Shown here piece by piece: positions 62,880-64,000 of a stretch of 64,000 bases of DNA. Source of the stretch: Eledone cirrhosa (Eukaryota); assembly GCA_964016885.1 (NCBI GenBank), contig OZ024742.1:374914001-374978000 (forward strand), written 5' to 3'. Below the pieces are notes generated by a model that saw only the letters and a program-made list of their open reading frames with translations, was not told the origin of the DNA and made no database searches. Both the position numbers and the translations under genes were made by a program. The number at the start of each line of letters is the position of its first letter. The stretch's first letter is position 1.

Positions 62880-64000
62880 GACCTTACAGGGTGGTAGGGG
62901 TATTGACAGTGTATGGTGACCTTAAAGTTTGGTAGGGGCATTGACAGTGTATGGTGACCTTACAGGGTGGTAGGGGTATTGACAGTGTCTGATGACCTTA
63001 CAGCGTGGTAGGGGTATTGACAGTGTCTGATGACCTTACAGGGTGGTAGGGGTATTGACAGTGTCTGATGACCTTACAGGGTGGTAGGGGTATTGACAGT
63101 GTCTGGTGACCTTACAGGGTGGTAGGGGTATTGACAGTGTTTGGTGATCTTACAGGGTGGTAGGGGCATTGACAGTGTCTGGTGATCTTACAGGGTGGTA
63201 GGGGCATTGACAGTGTATGGTGACGCTACAGGGTGGTAGGGGTGTTGACGATGTCTGGTGAACTTACAGGGTGGTAGGGGTGTTGACAGTGTCTAGTGAC
63301 CTTAGAGGGTGGTAGGGGCATTGACAGTGTCTGGTGACCCTACAGGGTGGTAGGGGTATTGACAGTGTCTGGTGACCCTACAGGGTGGTAGGTGTACTGA
63401 CAGAGTCTGCTGACCTTACAGGGTGGTAGGGGTATTGACAGTGTATGGTGAAACTACATGGTGCTAGGGGCATTGACAGTGTATGGTCACCCTATAGGCT
63501 GGTAGGGGCATTGACAGTTTATGGTGACCTTACAGGGTGGTAGGGGCATTGACAGTGTATGGTGACACTACAGGGTGGTAGGGGCATTGACAGTGTATGG
63601 TGACCTTACAGGGTGGTAGGGGCATTGACAGTTTATGGTGACCTTAAAGGGTGGTAGGGGCATTGACAGTGTATGGTTACATTACAGGGTGGTAGGGGCA
63701 TTGACAGTGTATGGTGACCCTACAGGGTGGTAGGTGTATTGACAGTGTATGGTGAGCCTACAGGGTGGTAGGTGCATTGACAGTGTATGGTGACCTTACA
63801 GGGTGGTAGGGGTATTGGCAGTGTATGGTGAACCTACAGGGTGGTAGGGGCATTGACAGTATATGGTGACCTTACAGGGTGGTAGGGGTATTGACAGTGT
63901 CGGTGACCTTACAGGGTGGTAGGGGTATTGACAGTGTATGGTGACACTACAGGGTGGTAGGGGCATTGACAGTGTATGGTGACCTTACAGGGTGGTAGGG
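62880..64000. repeat. Further partial copy of the 3-kb HOR segment (homologous to ~54.45-55.57 kb), truncated by the window edge
   Basis: CTTAAAGTTT at 62921 vs 54491 and the GTGTCGGTGA unit at 63901 vs 55471 (+8430 = 222 units -6; six 1-bp deletions are visible in between). Intervening markers are in the same order. Confidence 0.85.

Larger units (their letters stand above)
1..64000. repeat. 38-bp tandem repeat array (satellite DNA / very large minisatellite), ~1,680 head-to-tail monomers, G-rich on the + strand
   Basis: The monomer GTGT[A/C]TGGTGACC[T/C]TACAGGGTGGTAGGGG[T/C]ATTGACA recurs every 38 bp from base 1 to base 64000. No unique spacer or strand switch was seen. Monomers typically differ by 0-3 substitutions, with rare 37- or 39-bp units. 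Confidence 0.99.

Noticed and set aside
1-64000. CRISPR array (repeat length in the CRISPR range, partly palindromic)
   Set aside because: Repeats are directly adjacent with no unique spacers. There is no leader and no cas gene.
1-64000. Immunoglobulin switch-region-like G-rich repeat
   Set aside because: The consensus lacks the dense AGCT/GAGCT pentamers that define switch regions (GAGCT occurs only as a rare variant), and the array is far longer than typical S regions.
1-64000. Hidden insertion, transposon remnant or inversion inside the array
   Set aside because: Reading through the window I found no non-monomer stretch and no C-rich (inverted) segment. The largest deviations are clustered substitutions and 1-bp indels.
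1-64000. Synthetic concatemer or pure sequencing artefact (e.g. rolling-circle product)
   Set aside because: Rare variants recur in conserved order, are nested and carry private differences. That fits an evolutionary history, not random error on one template, although individual block copy numbers still need read validation.

Overview
The whole 64 kb window is one uninterrupted head-to-tail tandem array of a 38-bp G-rich monomer, consensus GTGT[A/C]TGGTGACC[T/C]TACAGGGTGGTAGGGG[T/C]ATTGACA. That is about 1,680 copies (64000/38), all in the same orientation, and the array runs off both window edges. I see no unique sequence, credible gene, RNA gene, mobile element or CRISPR spacer. All 13 supplied ORFs are translation artefacts of the repeat. 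The informative content is the order of variant monomers. Diagnostic variants show nested duplications whose offsets are whole multiples of 38 once visible 1-bp indels are counted: 152-bp 4-mers, blocks of 1.14, ~2.0-2.3, ~2.6, ~2.9, ~3.6-4.2 and ~4.9 kb, and a ~3.0-3.4 kb higher-order repeat present about four times. Variant alleles also turn over from left to right. This looks like a eukaryotic satellite or very large minisatellite growing by unequal exchange. Organism and function cannot be determined from the sequence. Offsets were counted by eye and block boundaries are approximate to within 1-2 monomers.
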